Shown here: in pieces, positions 26,501 through 37,366 of the stretch
How the letters are laid out: each line of letters begins with the position of its first letter
Numbering within the stretch: the first letter of the stretch is position 1
Source of the DNA: Corallococcus coralloides
GTDB taxonomy: Bacteria; Myxococcota; Myxococcia; Myxococcales; Myxococcaceae
Direction: 5' to 3' (one strand)
Assembly: GCF_044792175.1 (NCBI RefSeq)
Contig: NZ_CP172866.1
Length of the DNA stretch: 64,000 nucleotides
The notes under the pieces: generated by a model
Told to the model about the DNA's origin: nothing
What the model saw: the letters and a program-made list of their open reading frames with translations, nothing else
The model's database searches: none
Made by a program: the position numbers and the translations under genes

Positions 26501-28710
26501 AAAGACTGGAGCTGCTGGGGCGTCCAGCGCGTGACGTCGACTTCCAGGCGGGAGGCCACGTCGGCCGCGAACCGGCGAGCCTGCGCCAGGATTCGAGCAG
26601 CGGCCTCCACCGCTTCATGCGCGCGCGTCAGTGTCACGAGCGTGGTGTCAGGCGAGAGCAGACGCAGGGCCATGTCGAGGACGGCTTCCGCGCCGCGCAG
26701 CGCGGACGCGGTCAGGTCTTCCTGGGCACGCCAGCCTGCCTCCAACCCCGCCCACCGGGCCTGGACCGCTTCAATGGCATCAAGCAGGGCTCGTAATCCC
26801 TCTCTCTGCGTGGAATCGAGCAGGGCAGGGACCAGCGTCGCGGGAGTCCCTTCTGGAAGCCGTGGCAGGACTCGGACGTTGGAGATCAGCGCATCCACCG
26901 CGAGTGCGCTCGAGCTGGGCGTGACGCCCGTGCGGACGGTGAAGGCCGCCAGCGCCTTCTCCAGGAGCAGCGCGGACTCCTCCCAGGTGGCGATACGCTG
27001 AACGAGTGTCTGACGGTCCTTGTCGGTCAGCGCATCGTTCGTCACACCCGCCCAGGGGTGGGCACTGAGGATGGGCGCGACGCGGCGAACATCCCCAAGC
27101 TGCGCCGCGAGACTCCGAACCGCGTCGCGAACCTCCGATAGCGCATGGGTAGACATGCCTTCGGCGCCCTCGAAGCGGAGGCCTTCCAGCTCCACGACCG
27201 CGTCTCCCAGTTCCGATTCCGCGCGACTGACCTTCCAGAACACGTCATGCGGTGACATGCCGAGTGTCCCGAACGGCTTGTGCATTCGCTCGGTATGCGC
27301 GCGCAGGATGCCCGCCGCGTTCGAGACCTGTTCGGTGAGCGGGCGGGGAGCGGTCGCGCTCGCATCCAGGTTGAGTCGGCGACGCAGGTCCTCCATGAAC
27401 TGCTGTTTCTGGGTCTTGTGGCTGTGCAACTCCAGGCAGAACTCGCCGAGCCCCGCATGCTGGAGGCGGCGTGAGACGACCTCCAACGCCGCCAACTTCT
27501 GCGTGACGAACAGCACGGTCTTGCCCGCCGCCAACGCCGCGCCAATGAGGTTGGTGATGGTCTGTGATTTCCCGGTGCCGGGCGGCCCTTGCACCACCAG
27601 ATTCTCGCCCCGGAGCACGTCCACCAACACGCTGTGCTGGCTGCTGTCCGCGTCCGTGATGAGTGGCGGCGGATTGACCTCCTGCGAGTCCAAATCGTAG
27701 ACCTCGCTCCGGCGCTCCCGGCTGCCCCCGCCACCTCCGCCAGGTTCGTTCGCCTCCGCCTGTCCTCCCATCAGCGTCCGGACGAGCGGGTTCGCCAGCA
27801 TGGGGCTGTTCTGAGGCCAGCGGCTGGGCTCCAGGTCCCGCCACATCAGGAGCCGCCCGAAGGACAGGAGCGTCAGGGTCACCTGCCGCTCCAGGCTCCA
27901 GCCAGGGCGCAGGCCTTTGAGCAGCGCCGTCACCTTGTCGAAGTACGCCTCCAGCCCCTCCTCCGCGGAGAAGGCCGGCAGCGTGATGCCGAACTCCTGC
28001 CGCAGCTTCTCCTGGAGCGTGAGGTTCGAGTCGATGGACTCGCCTTCATTGTAGTCCACCTCGTAGGAGTGGACCTGCGTCTCCGGGTGGGCTTGGCCGC
28101 GTTTGAGGCTCACAGGCATGAGCACGAGTGGAGCGCTGCGAGGCTTCTCCTGCCGCGTGTCGCCGGACTCGTACCAGCGCAGGAACCCGAAGGCGAAGTG
28201 GAGCAGATTGGCCCCGGTCTCCTGGATGGCCGTTTGCGCGAGGCCCTGGAGTCGGTGCAGGTGGCTCTCCAGATCCTCCGGGAAGTACAACGTCTGGAGG
28301 TGGCGATCCTGGTGCTTGCGAGGATTGCTGCCGCTCTCTGCCGGGACCGCCTTGGGCAGCTCATACCGGGTATCGATGCCCAGCTTCTTCGCTTGTTGAA
28401 GCAGCAGCTTCTGCCGAGCGTCCTTGCTTGGGGCCTCCTCCGTCGTCATCGAAAACACCACCGTCGCGGCGGCGGGATCGAAGTCCTCCTCTTCCTCGGA
28501 GGCTTGCTCCGGTGGCATCACCGGAAGGAACGTGAGCGCGCGGTGGTTGCTCAGGCGCTCGAAGACGACACCTGGCAGTTCATCCACAATGCGCAGCGAC
28601 GTCCGGGCCGTGTGCTTGAAGTTGAGGAGTCGGTTGGTTGCGCTCAAATCCAGCAACCGGGTGCGTTGCCGCTGAAGCTCTTTCAGCAGGACCGAGTCGT
28701 GCGGATTCAT
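23512..28710 (-). CDS. Giant SF1 (Upf1-like, AAA_11/AAA_12) helicase with DUF4011-like N-terminus and C-terminal DUF559/Vsr-like endonuclease (REase_MTES/DUF3320) domain
   Basis: The start is the ATG at 28710 (MNPHDSVLLKELQRQRTRLLDLSATNRLLNF). The earlier ORF start at 28869 would add a low-complexity extension. The Walker A motif is VVQGPPGTGKSQTITNLI. The helicase has QLVVVGDPEQLPPT (motif III-like) and NVLFTRARCALTVF (motif VI). The C-terminus reads GYFIDMAL...ILGVECDGERYHSSRSARDRDRLRDQVLKGLGWKLHRIWSTDWF, the DUF559/Vsr-fold endonuclease motif. Confidence 0.85.
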   Translation of the reverse strand: MNPHDSVLLKELQRQRTRLLDLSATNRLLNFKHTARTSLRIVDELPGVVFERLSNHRALTFLPVMPPEQASEEEEDFDPAAATVVFSMTTEEAPSKDARQKLLLQQAKKLGIDTRYELPKAVPAESGSNPRKHQDRHLQTLYFPEDLESHLHRLQGLAQTAIQETGANLLHFAFGFLRWYESGDTRQEKPRSAPLVLMPVSLKRGQAHPETQVHSYEVDYNEGESIDSNLTLQEKLRQEFGITLPAFSAEEGLEAYFDKVTALLKGLRPGWSLERQVTLTLLSFGRLLMWRDLEPSRWPQNSPMLANPLVRTLMGGQAEANEPGGGGGGSRERRSEVYDLDSQEVNPPPLITDADSSQHSVLVDVLRGENLVVQGPPGTGKSQTITNLIGAALAAGKTVLFVTQKLAALEVVSRRLQHAGLGEFCLELHSHKTQKQQFMEDLRRRLNLDASATAPRPLTEQVSNAAGILRAHTERMHKPFGTLGMSPHDVFWKVSRAESELGDAVVELEGLRFEGAEGMSTHALSEVRDAVRSLAAQLGDVRRVAPILSAHPWAGVTNDALTDKDRQTLVQRIATWEESALLLEKALAAFTVRTGVTPSSSALAVDALISNVRVLPRLPEGTPATLVPALLDSTQREGLRALLDAIEAVQARWAGLEAGWRAQEDLTASALRGAEAVLDMALRLLSPDTTLVTLTRAHEAVEAAARILAQARRFAADVASRLEVDVTRWTPQQLQSFARVVEAMAALDDTTLEWRDPCWIEREAEETLRKADSTCTELKDQARALAVRFMPELVPPLATLKSHAVAVSTAPFIPWLSSAWRAARRDFQAMAHGVRPTRPVLVQGYNDLLAHYAARERFQEDATLKATLGARFQGVETRFDRILSWLDAYRNIDALILPMGERGLELRRAVLERSPSHWREILAMVRAKSEELSQVRDVSTFVQEASTRMGLPSAPWNTESCGKAQDSLDALLKHLSQVLNWARKGDAPPSLTLSQLQGQLRRVREACEAADRLEAHASAATLPGVAYQGRKTSLAGPRSILRHVDDLLAAPLPEGLAEWLLREDTPRRHADLLAITNELETALSAYRQSATQARELGRMAQGTWEDLAAEKPLQSTVLRLRQARSQSATLPAWCAYQRQRRAVARARSTAGFLERVDTRPGLEPERLVAAFDAVFFRSLAEAILRDQPELDQFTGAVHASQREEFARLDTHCIERQGRYLARQLSQRPVPPGVSSAKVAGMTETHLLRHELGKKQRHLPIRELVARAGSALQTLMPCFMMGPQSVAQYLPAGQLTFDLVVMDEASQMRPEDALGAIARGRQLVVVGDPEQLPPTSFFAQMEQEDTESNDEAGDEAQGPSFLEDSESILTAAAERFPMRMLRWHYRSRHPSLIAFSNREFYNGDLITFPAPGEQLEGLGLRFHKVDGGLYESNRNVPEAREVLAKVKEHARTRPEQSLLVVTLNSKQRDLIDDLVTAEEKNDATLRAFLAKWEKSPMPFDVKNLENVQGDERDAIFVSVTFGPDKNERFRMNFGPINQADGYRRLNVLFTRARCALTVFASFDPSQLKVQESSPRGMRVLQRYLSEAKGEKVAHGVGSGRPPDSDFEIAVAKALAARGFEVVPQVGVAGYFIDMALRHPQQPGRYILGVECDGERYHSSRSARDRDRLRDQVLKGLGWKLHRIWSTDWFRSPSEEVARIVARVEELLREEAAELPAVVREESPVEHQMRAVSA

Positions 28711-28814
28711 GGAGGTGCCCCCCGGGTCGTCATGGGTGGGACGACCTGGCACCCAGGTTCTGGCGCACTCCTCGCCGCGGTTGCATCCCCCGTGAGGGTG
28801 ATTGACACCCACGC

Positions 28815-28857
28815 GAAAACGCCGCCTCGCTTCCGGAGGACCGGAAACGGGCGGCGT
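28815..28857 (-). terminator. Rho-independent terminator of the ABC-F gene
   Basis: The plus strand 28819-28857 reads aa-gccgcc-tcgc-ttccgg-agga-ccggaa-acg-ggcggc-gt. It has an outer stem of about 8 bp and an inner stem of 6 bp. On the minus-strand RNA the hairpin is followed by UUUUCGCG. Confidence 0.45.
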
Positions 28858-28882
28858 AGGCACTGCCAAGAGTAGCGAAGGA

Positions 28883-31887
<3,005 letters not shown>

Positions 31888-32019
31888 AGTCCGGGCGCGT
31901 GGCCCGCCGGCCGCCCTCCGGCCGGGTTGTGACGGGCGCCACGCGAACGGCGGTGCGCGGGGACGTGGCGGGTTAGCCTGCGGTGCCCGGGCCGTGTTGC
32001 CCGGCGCCCTCTCCGCCGC

Positions 32020-33204
32020 ATGGACCCGCGCGTCGCCACCCTCCTGAGTCACGTCCGCGCGAACGCGGAGAACCGGCCCGGCGTGTACCGGTTCTTCGGT
32101 CCCGCAGGGGAGCTGCTCTACGTGGGCAAGTCCGTGCGGCTGCGCACGCGGCTGTTGTCCTACTTCCGCGCGGACGAGGGCGAGAAGGCCTGGGAGATCG
32201 TCGCCCAGGCGCACCAGGTGGAGTGGGAGTACACGGCCAGCGAGTTCGCGGCGCTCCTGCATGAGTTCCGCCTCATCAAGAGCCACCGGCCCCTCTACAA
32301 CGTGGAGCACAAGCGCGACCGCGCGCACTGCTTCCTCCAACTCACGCGCGAGGCCGTGCCCCGGCTGCGCGTGGTGGGCCAGCCCGGCGGCGGCGGGAGC
32401 GCGGAGTACTTCGGGCCCTTCCACGGCCGGCACACCATGGCGGACGTGGTGCGCGCGGTGAACGACCTGCTGGAGCTGCGCGACTGCCCGTCGGAGACGC
32501 CCATGCGGCTGGCGGATCAGATCCAGCTCTTCCCGCTGAAGGATGATCCGCGGTGCATGCGCGGACAGACGGCGCGGTGCCTCTCGCCGTGCGCGGGCGG
32601 GTGCACGACGGCGGAGTACCTGGCGCAGGTCGCGCTGGCTCGGGCGTTCCTCAACGGCGAGTCGGACCGGCCGCTCGTCATCCTGCGTGAGCGCATGGCG
32701 ATGGCGGCGCGGCGGCTCCAGTTCGAATACGCGGCGGAGCTGCGCGACCGCGCGGAGCGGCTGGAGAACGTGCAGGCGTGGATTGTCGAGCTGGGGCGCA
32801 CGCTGCGGCGGCTGTCGCTGATCTACACGGCGCGCGGATATGACGGTGAGGACCGCACGTATGTCCTCAGGCGGGGGCGGATCCGCGCGGAGGTGCCCAC
32901 GCCCCGGACGCTGGAGGAGCAGGCGGCGCTGGACGCGCGCGTGCGGGCCATCTTCGACGTGCCGGAGCCGGAGGCGATTGGCCTCCGCGCGCAGGAGGCC
33001 CAGGAGGTGATGCTCGTCGCGAAGTGGTTCCGCCTGCACCCCGACGAACTGGATGCGACGGTGCCTCCTCCGGCGCGGTCTGGGAGCGATGAGCCCTTCG
33101 AGGAGGCGGCGGAGGCACGGGCCGCGCTCGCTCGCACGTTGGAGCGCACCGTGGAGGGGCCGGAGGAACCAGAGCCCGCTGGCGCCGCTGAGCCGGCGGG
33201 GTGA
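32020..33204 (+). CDS. GIY-YIG nuclease, UvrC N-terminal-like (Cho-like excinuclease homolog)
   Basis: The protein has GVYRFFGPAGELLYVGKSVRLRTRLLSYF and EFAALLHEFRLIKSHRPLYNV (GIY-YIG), a Cys cluster, and a UVR-like helix pair (FEYAAELRDRAERLENV). Confidence 0.75.
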   Translation: MDPRVATLLSHVRANAENRPGVYRFFGPAGELLYVGKSVRLRTRLLSYFRADEGEKAWEIVAQAHQVEWEYTASEFAALLHEFRLIKSHRPLYNVEHKRDRAHCFLQLTREAVPRLRVVGQPGGGGSAEYFGPFHGRHTMADVVRAVNDLLELRDCPSETPMRLADQIQLFPLKDDPRCMRGQTARCLSPCAGGCTTAEYLAQVALARAFLNGESDRPLVILRERMAMAARRLQFEYAAELRDRAERLENVQAWIVELGRTLRRLSLIYTARGYDGEDRTYVLRRGRIRAEVPTPRTLEEQAALDARVRAIFDVPEPEAIGLRAQEAQEVMLVAKWFRLHPDELDATVPPPARSGSDEPFEEAAEARAALARTLERTVEGPEEPEPAGAAEPAG

Positions 33205-33373
33205 TGACGCCGGACATCACCCCGCGCACGGCTGTCATCAGGGGCGCGGACCTGCGCTGAGGAGGTCAGGCTGGAAAGACAGGGGTTTGGCGTTCGCCCT
33301 GGGCGCCCCGGGCGCTGGCACGCGCCGTGCTCAAGGGACAGGCATCCCCGCTGTTCCTTCGAGGCCCTGTCCC

Positions 33374-34075
33374 ATGGCGATCTCCTCCCTGCGTCCGTCC
33401 TCCAGCCCGTGCGCGAAGCCCTCTCCCGAAGCCGCGCAGGCCCCGCGGAATGTCGTGGTGAAGGTCGTCAACCCGGATGGCTCGCACGTGAAGACGGTGG
33501 ACTCCGCGAAGCAGCCCCAGGAGTTCGCGAAGCTGCTGAAGGACATGGGCCTGACGAAGGAGGCACTGGTGAAGGGCGAGGGCGCGAAGAGCCACTGTCC
33601 GAAGCCCACCGGCTCGCAGAGCTTCCAGAACAACTGGAACCGCGACAGCTTCGAGCCGTCCAAGGCGCAGGGCGCGAAGGGCCCGTCCTCCGGCAAGAGC
33701 GCGGATGCGGTGGCCCAGGACATCGCGAAGGAGGCCACGTCCTGGAAGTATGACTATTCGGGCGGCAAGTCGTGGGATGCCGCCATGAAGAACGCCGGCA
33801 ACTTCGACGCGTCCAAGTCCGGCGTCTGCGTGGACATGGCCATCGAGGCCGAGCAGCGCTTCGAGCAGGCCGGCGTGGACGCGCAGGTCGTCTTCGGCAA
33901 TACGGACCAGGGCCTTCATGCGTGGGTGGAGTTCAAGGACGACAAGGGCCAGTTCCAGGCCTTCGACCCCACCGCCGCGGCCTGCACCAAGAAGGCCGAC
34001 GACGCCATCACCCCGTATGACGGCGGCGCCTACAAGTACCAGGGCGTCACGGAGACCCACCAGGCCGTGGGCTGA
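33374..34075 (+). CDS. Transglutaminase-like (papain-fold Cys-His-Asp) domain protein
   Basis: The protein has SGVCVDMAIEAEQRFEQAGVDAQVVFGNTDQGLHAWVEFKDDKGQFQAFDPT, with the Cys, His and Asp spaced as in Transglut_core. Confidence 0.55.
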   Translation: MAISSLRPSSSPCAKPSPEAAQAPRNVVVKVVNPDGSHVKTVDSAKQPQEFAKLLKDMGLTKEALVKGEGAKSHCPKPTGSQSFQNNWNRDSFEPSKAQGAKGPSSGKSADAVAQDIAKEATSWKYDYSGGKSWDAAMKNAGNFDASKSGVCVDMAIEAEQRFEQAGVDAQVVFGNTDQGLHAWVEFKDDKGQFQAFDPTAAACTKKADDAITPYDGGAYKYQGVTETHQAVG

Positions 34076-34646
34076 GGTTCCGGATGACGCGACAGGGATT
34101 GCCGGCGGCGAAGACATACGGGGGGATGTCCCGCGTCACCACGCTCCCCGCGCCGATGGTGGTCCCCTCGCCGATGGTGACGCCCGGGCAGATGATGGAC
34201 CCGCCGCCAATCCACACCTTGGCGCCGATGGTGATGGCGCGGCCCAGCTCCGGGCCCTTGATGCGCTCATCCGGGTCCAGGGGATGCGTGGCCGCGTACA
34301 CCTGCACCCCCGGGCCGAAGGACACGTCGTCGCCAATCGTCACCGTGTTGCAGTCCAGGATGACGCAGTTGAAGTTCATGAAGACGCGCTCGCCCAGCCG
34401 GATGTGCTCGCCGTAGTCGCAGAGGAACGGCGGTTCGATCCACGTCCCGGCGCCCACCTTGCCCAGAAGCTCGGCGAGCAGGCTCTCACGCAGCGGCAGC
34501 GCGTCCTCGGTGGACTGGTTGTAGGAGCGCAGGAGCTTCCGGGCGCGGATCCGCTCGGCCACCAGTTGCGGGTCGGTGGCGCTGTACAGCTCGCCCGCGA
34601 GCATCTTCTCTTTCTCGGTTCGTGCCATGCCCTGAAGGTTAGTCAT
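34047..34646 (-). CDS. Maltose/galactoside O-acetyltransferase-like hexapeptide-repeat transferase
   Basis: The protein has the left-handed beta-helix repeats IGDDVSFGPGVQVY, IGAKVWIGGGSIICPGVTIGEGTTIGAGSVV and PPYVFAAGNP. Confidence 0.8.
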   Translation of the reverse strand: MTNLQGMARTEKEKMLAGELYSATDPQLVAERIRARKLLRSYNQSTEDALPLRESLLAELLGKVGAGTWIEPPFLCDYGEHIRLGERVFMNFNCVILDCNTVTIGDDVSFGPGVQVYAATHPLDPDERIKGPELGRAITIGAKVWIGGGSIICPGVTIGEGTTIGAGSVVTRDIPPYVFAAGNPCRVIRNLSPRPGGSP

Positions 34647-34723
34647 CCGTTCTCCTGGATGGTGAACAGCCCGCCTCCCGGCTGCGCGGACACGGGTGAC
34701 ACCGGACGGCGCGGCCAGCGAGG

Positions 34724-35506
34724 ATGCCGGCCATGAGGACTGAGCGGGTCGAGGAGACGCTGGAGCGCATCCGTCGCGAGGTGGAGCGGACCCCGGATGG
34801 CGTGCTGGCCTTCGATGGCGACGGCACGCTGTGGAGCGGGGACGTGGGGGACGACCTGTTCATGGCCCTGCTGGAGCACGGCGGCGTGCGCCCCGAGGCG
34901 CGCGGGGCCCTGGAGTCGCTGGGGGCCCGCCATGGCGTGGAGGGGCATCCGGACGCGGTGACGCTGGCGCACGCGCTGTTCAAGGCGTTCGAGGCCGGGC
35001 GGCTGCCGGAGAAGGACACCTACGAGATGATGGCGTGGATCTTCGCCGGCTGGCACGCGGAGGAGCTGCGCGGCTTCGCCCACGACGTGGTGGCCCGGCG
35101 GGGCGTGGCCGGCCGCGTCCACCCGGAGGCCCGCCGCGTGGTGGAGTGGGCCCGGGGGCAGGGCGTGGACTGCTACGTGGTCAGCGCGTCACCGCGCGCG
35201 GTGGTGGAGGCCGCCGTGCGCGAGGTGGGCATCCCGCCGGACTTCGTGGTGGCGTGCACGCCGAAGGAGCAGGGCGGACGGCTGCTCACGTCTGTCTTCG
35301 AGCCCGTGCCCTACGGCCCCGGCAAGGTGAACAGCCTGAGGCTGCGGACGGACCGGCCGCTCTACGCCGCCTTCGGAGACAACGTGTTCGACCTGGAGCT
35401 GCTCGCGGCCTCCCGCGTCCCGGTGGCCATCCGGCCCAAGGCCCGGCTGCGCGACCGCGCGGCGGAGCTGCCCGCGCTGGTGCAACTGCACCCCGAAGAG
35501 GCCTGA
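34724..35506 (+). CDS. HAD-superfamily hydrolase
   Basis: The protein has LAFDGDGTLW (HAD motif I, DxDGT) and a C-terminal FGDNVFD. Confidence 0.7.
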   Translation: MPAMRTERVEETLERIRREVERTPDGVLAFDGDGTLWSGDVGDDLFMALLEHGGVRPEARGALESLGARHGVEGHPDAVTLAHALFKAFEAGRLPEKDTYEMMAWIFAGWHAEELRGFAHDVVARRGVAGRVHPEARRVVEWARGQGVDCYVVSASPRAVVEAAVREVGIPPDFVVACTPKEQGGRLLTSVFEPVPYGPGKVNSLRLRTDRPLYAAFGDNVFDLELLAASRVPVAIRPKARLRDRAAELPALVQLHPEEA

Positions 35507-35608
35507 CGCGAAACGGGCGTGGAGGAAGCCTCCACGCCCGTCTCACTGAAACCTCACGCGCCGCTTCGTGGGGGACCACGAAGCGGCGTCATGTCGAGCC
35601 CGCGGAGG

Positions 35609-37363
35609 TCAGCTCCCCTTGATGGGGATGAACTCCACGCGGCGGTTCGCGCTGCGGCCCTCCGGCGTCTCGTTGGACACGCGCGGACGGTCGGGGCCGT
35701 AGCCCTTCGCCTCCAGCCGCGAGCCCGCGATGCCCTTCTGGATGAGGTACGCGCGCACGCGGTTCGCGCGCTGGTGGCTCAGCGTGCGGTTGGCCTCCTC
35801 AGGGCCGCTGTTGTCCGTGTGGCCTTCGATCCGGACCTTCAGCTTCGGGTTCGCCTTCAGGTAGGCCACGATGTCATCCAGTTGCTGCTGCTCGTTCTCC
35901 TGGAACTCCGACTGGTTCACCGGGAACTGGACGATGTGCTCCAGCGGCGACTTCGTCTCCTCCGCGGGCTGCTCCTCGGGAGGCGGCTGGGGCTTGGGCT
36001 CCTCGGGCTTGGGCTGCGGCTTCGCGGGGCAGCCACGCTCGGACGCGGGGCCCGCCTCGTTCGGGCAGGCGTCGTCCTTGTCCGGCACGCCGTCGCCATC
36101 CGTGTCCTTCACCGGGCAGCCGCGCTCGGAAGCCGGACCGGCCTCGTTCGGGCAGGCGTCGTCCTTGTCCGGCACGCCGTCACCATCCGTGTCCTTCACG
36201 GGGCAGCCGCGCTCGGAAGACGGACCGGCTTCGTTCGGGCACTGGTCCTCGCGGTCCACCACGCCGTCGCCGTCCGTGTCCTTGTCCGGGCAGCCGTTGT
36301 TCTCCACGGAGCCGGCCTCCAGCGGGCAGCGGTCGTCCTTGTTGGCCACGCCGTCGCCGTCGTCGTCCTCGTTGGGGCACTGCTCCGGCGTGTGGCTGCG
36401 GCCGGTGCGGCAGCGGTCCACGGGCTCGGGCTCGTTCGCGTACGCGATGCCCGCGGCCAGCCGGAACGACGGCGTGCCCGGGATGTCCGTGAAGCCGTGC
36501 CCGCCAAGAGCGAAGGCCTCGAAGCCCGCGCCCACCGGCAGCCGCACGCCGCCCAGCAGCTCCAGCGCCAGGTCCGACTCCACGAGCGACTCGGCGGCCT
36601 GCAGCGCGACTTCGGCGCGCAGCCCCTTGCCGCGCGTGGCCACCACCACGCCCTGCTCCAGCTCCGTGCCGACGTCGCGGCCCGGCTCGACCTCCTTGGA
36701 GCGGATCCGGATGCCCGCGTTGGCGCCCAGCACCACGGGGCCCACCTCGCGGCTGATGGACACGCGGGGCGCGAACTGGAACCCGGCCCAGCCCGCCTGG
36801 CGGCCGAACGCGTCCGCCGTGCCTCCCGGAATCCCGATGTCCAGGCCCAGGCCCAGGAACACCGGCGCGCCTTCCTCGCGCCGCAGCAGCTCGTAGCGCA
36901 CGCCCAGCTCCGGCGTGCCCAGGCCGAACGAGTCCGGCTCGCTCACGCCCACCAACTGCTCCGCGCCGTGACCGCCCTGCGCGATGATGACGGGCAGCTT
37001 CGCGGAGAACTCCAACCGGTCCACCGGCGACCACGCGCCGGCCAGCCAGCCCGCGGTGCGGTAGTGGAGGATGGAGCGCTCCAGCCCGTCACTGCCCTGG
37101 AGCAGCAGGATGCCGCGCTCGTAGTTGACCATGAGGAGCAGGCGGTAGCCGCCCTCGGGGAGCACGCGGCCGGTGTCCACCAGCATCGAGTCCGTCGCCG
37201 CCGGCGTGAAGCGCAGGCGCTCCAGGTCCAGCGGGACGAGCGGGCTCGTCGGGGTCTGCGCGAACGCGGCGGGGGTGACGGCGGTGGCCAGCAGCGCGGC
37301 CAGCGCCCAGCTCTTTGCCTTCATACGCAAGGGGAGGTCCATTCGAGAAAAGAGGGAGCGCAT
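35609..37363 (-). CDS. OmpA-family outer-membrane protein with thrombospondin type-3 (Ca-binding) repeats
   Basis: The protein has a signal peptide and a beta-rich N-domain. It has tandem repeats DTDGDGVPDKDDACPNEAGPASERGCPVK (TSP3). Its C-terminus is OmpA-like (RIEGHTDNSGPEEANRTLSHQRANRVRAYL). Confidence 0.85.
   Translation of the reverse strand: MRSLFSRMDLPLRMKAKSWALAALLATAVTPAAFAQTPTSPLVPLDLERLRFTPAATDSMLVDTGRVLPEGGYRLLLMVNYERGILLLQGSDGLERSILHYRTAGWLAGAWSPVDRLEFSAKLPVIIAQGGHGAEQLVGVSEPDSFGLGTPELGVRYELLRREEGAPVFLGLGLDIGIPGGTADAFGRQAGWAGFQFAPRVSISREVGPVVLGANAGIRIRSKEVEPGRDVGTELEQGVVVATRGKGLRAEVALQAAESLVESDLALELLGGVRLPVGAGFEAFALGGHGFTDIPGTPSFRLAAGIAYANEPEPVDRCRTGRSHTPEQCPNEDDDGDGVANKDDRCPLEAGSVENNGCPDKDTDGDGVVDREDQCPNEAGPSSERGCPVKDTDGDGVPDKDDACPNEAGPASERGCPVKDTDGDGVPDKDDACPNEAGPASERGCPAKPQPKPEEPKPQPPPEEQPAEETKSPLEHIVQFPVNQSEFQENEQQQLDDIVAYLKANPKLKVRIEGHTDNSGPEEANRTLSHQRANRVRAYLIQKGIAGSRLEAKGYGPDRPRVSNETPEGRSANRRVEFIPIKGS
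36030..36300. repeat. Near-identical tandem DNA repeats (about 93 nt x 3) encoding the TSP3 repeats
   Basis: The unit ...gggcagccgcgctcggaagccggaccggcctcgttcgggcaggcgtcgtccttgtccggcacgccgtc(g/a)ccatccgtgtccttcac is repeated with single-nucleotide differences. Confidence 0.5.
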
Positions 37364-37366
37364 GTC

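Noticed and set aside
28711-28869. N-terminal extension of helicase ORF (MAVPTPPVSGPPEARRRF...)
   Set aside because: It is low-complexity P/R/G-rich, and helicase family homology starts at MNPHDSVLLKELQ. I treat it as 5' UTR. An upstream start cannot be fully excluded.
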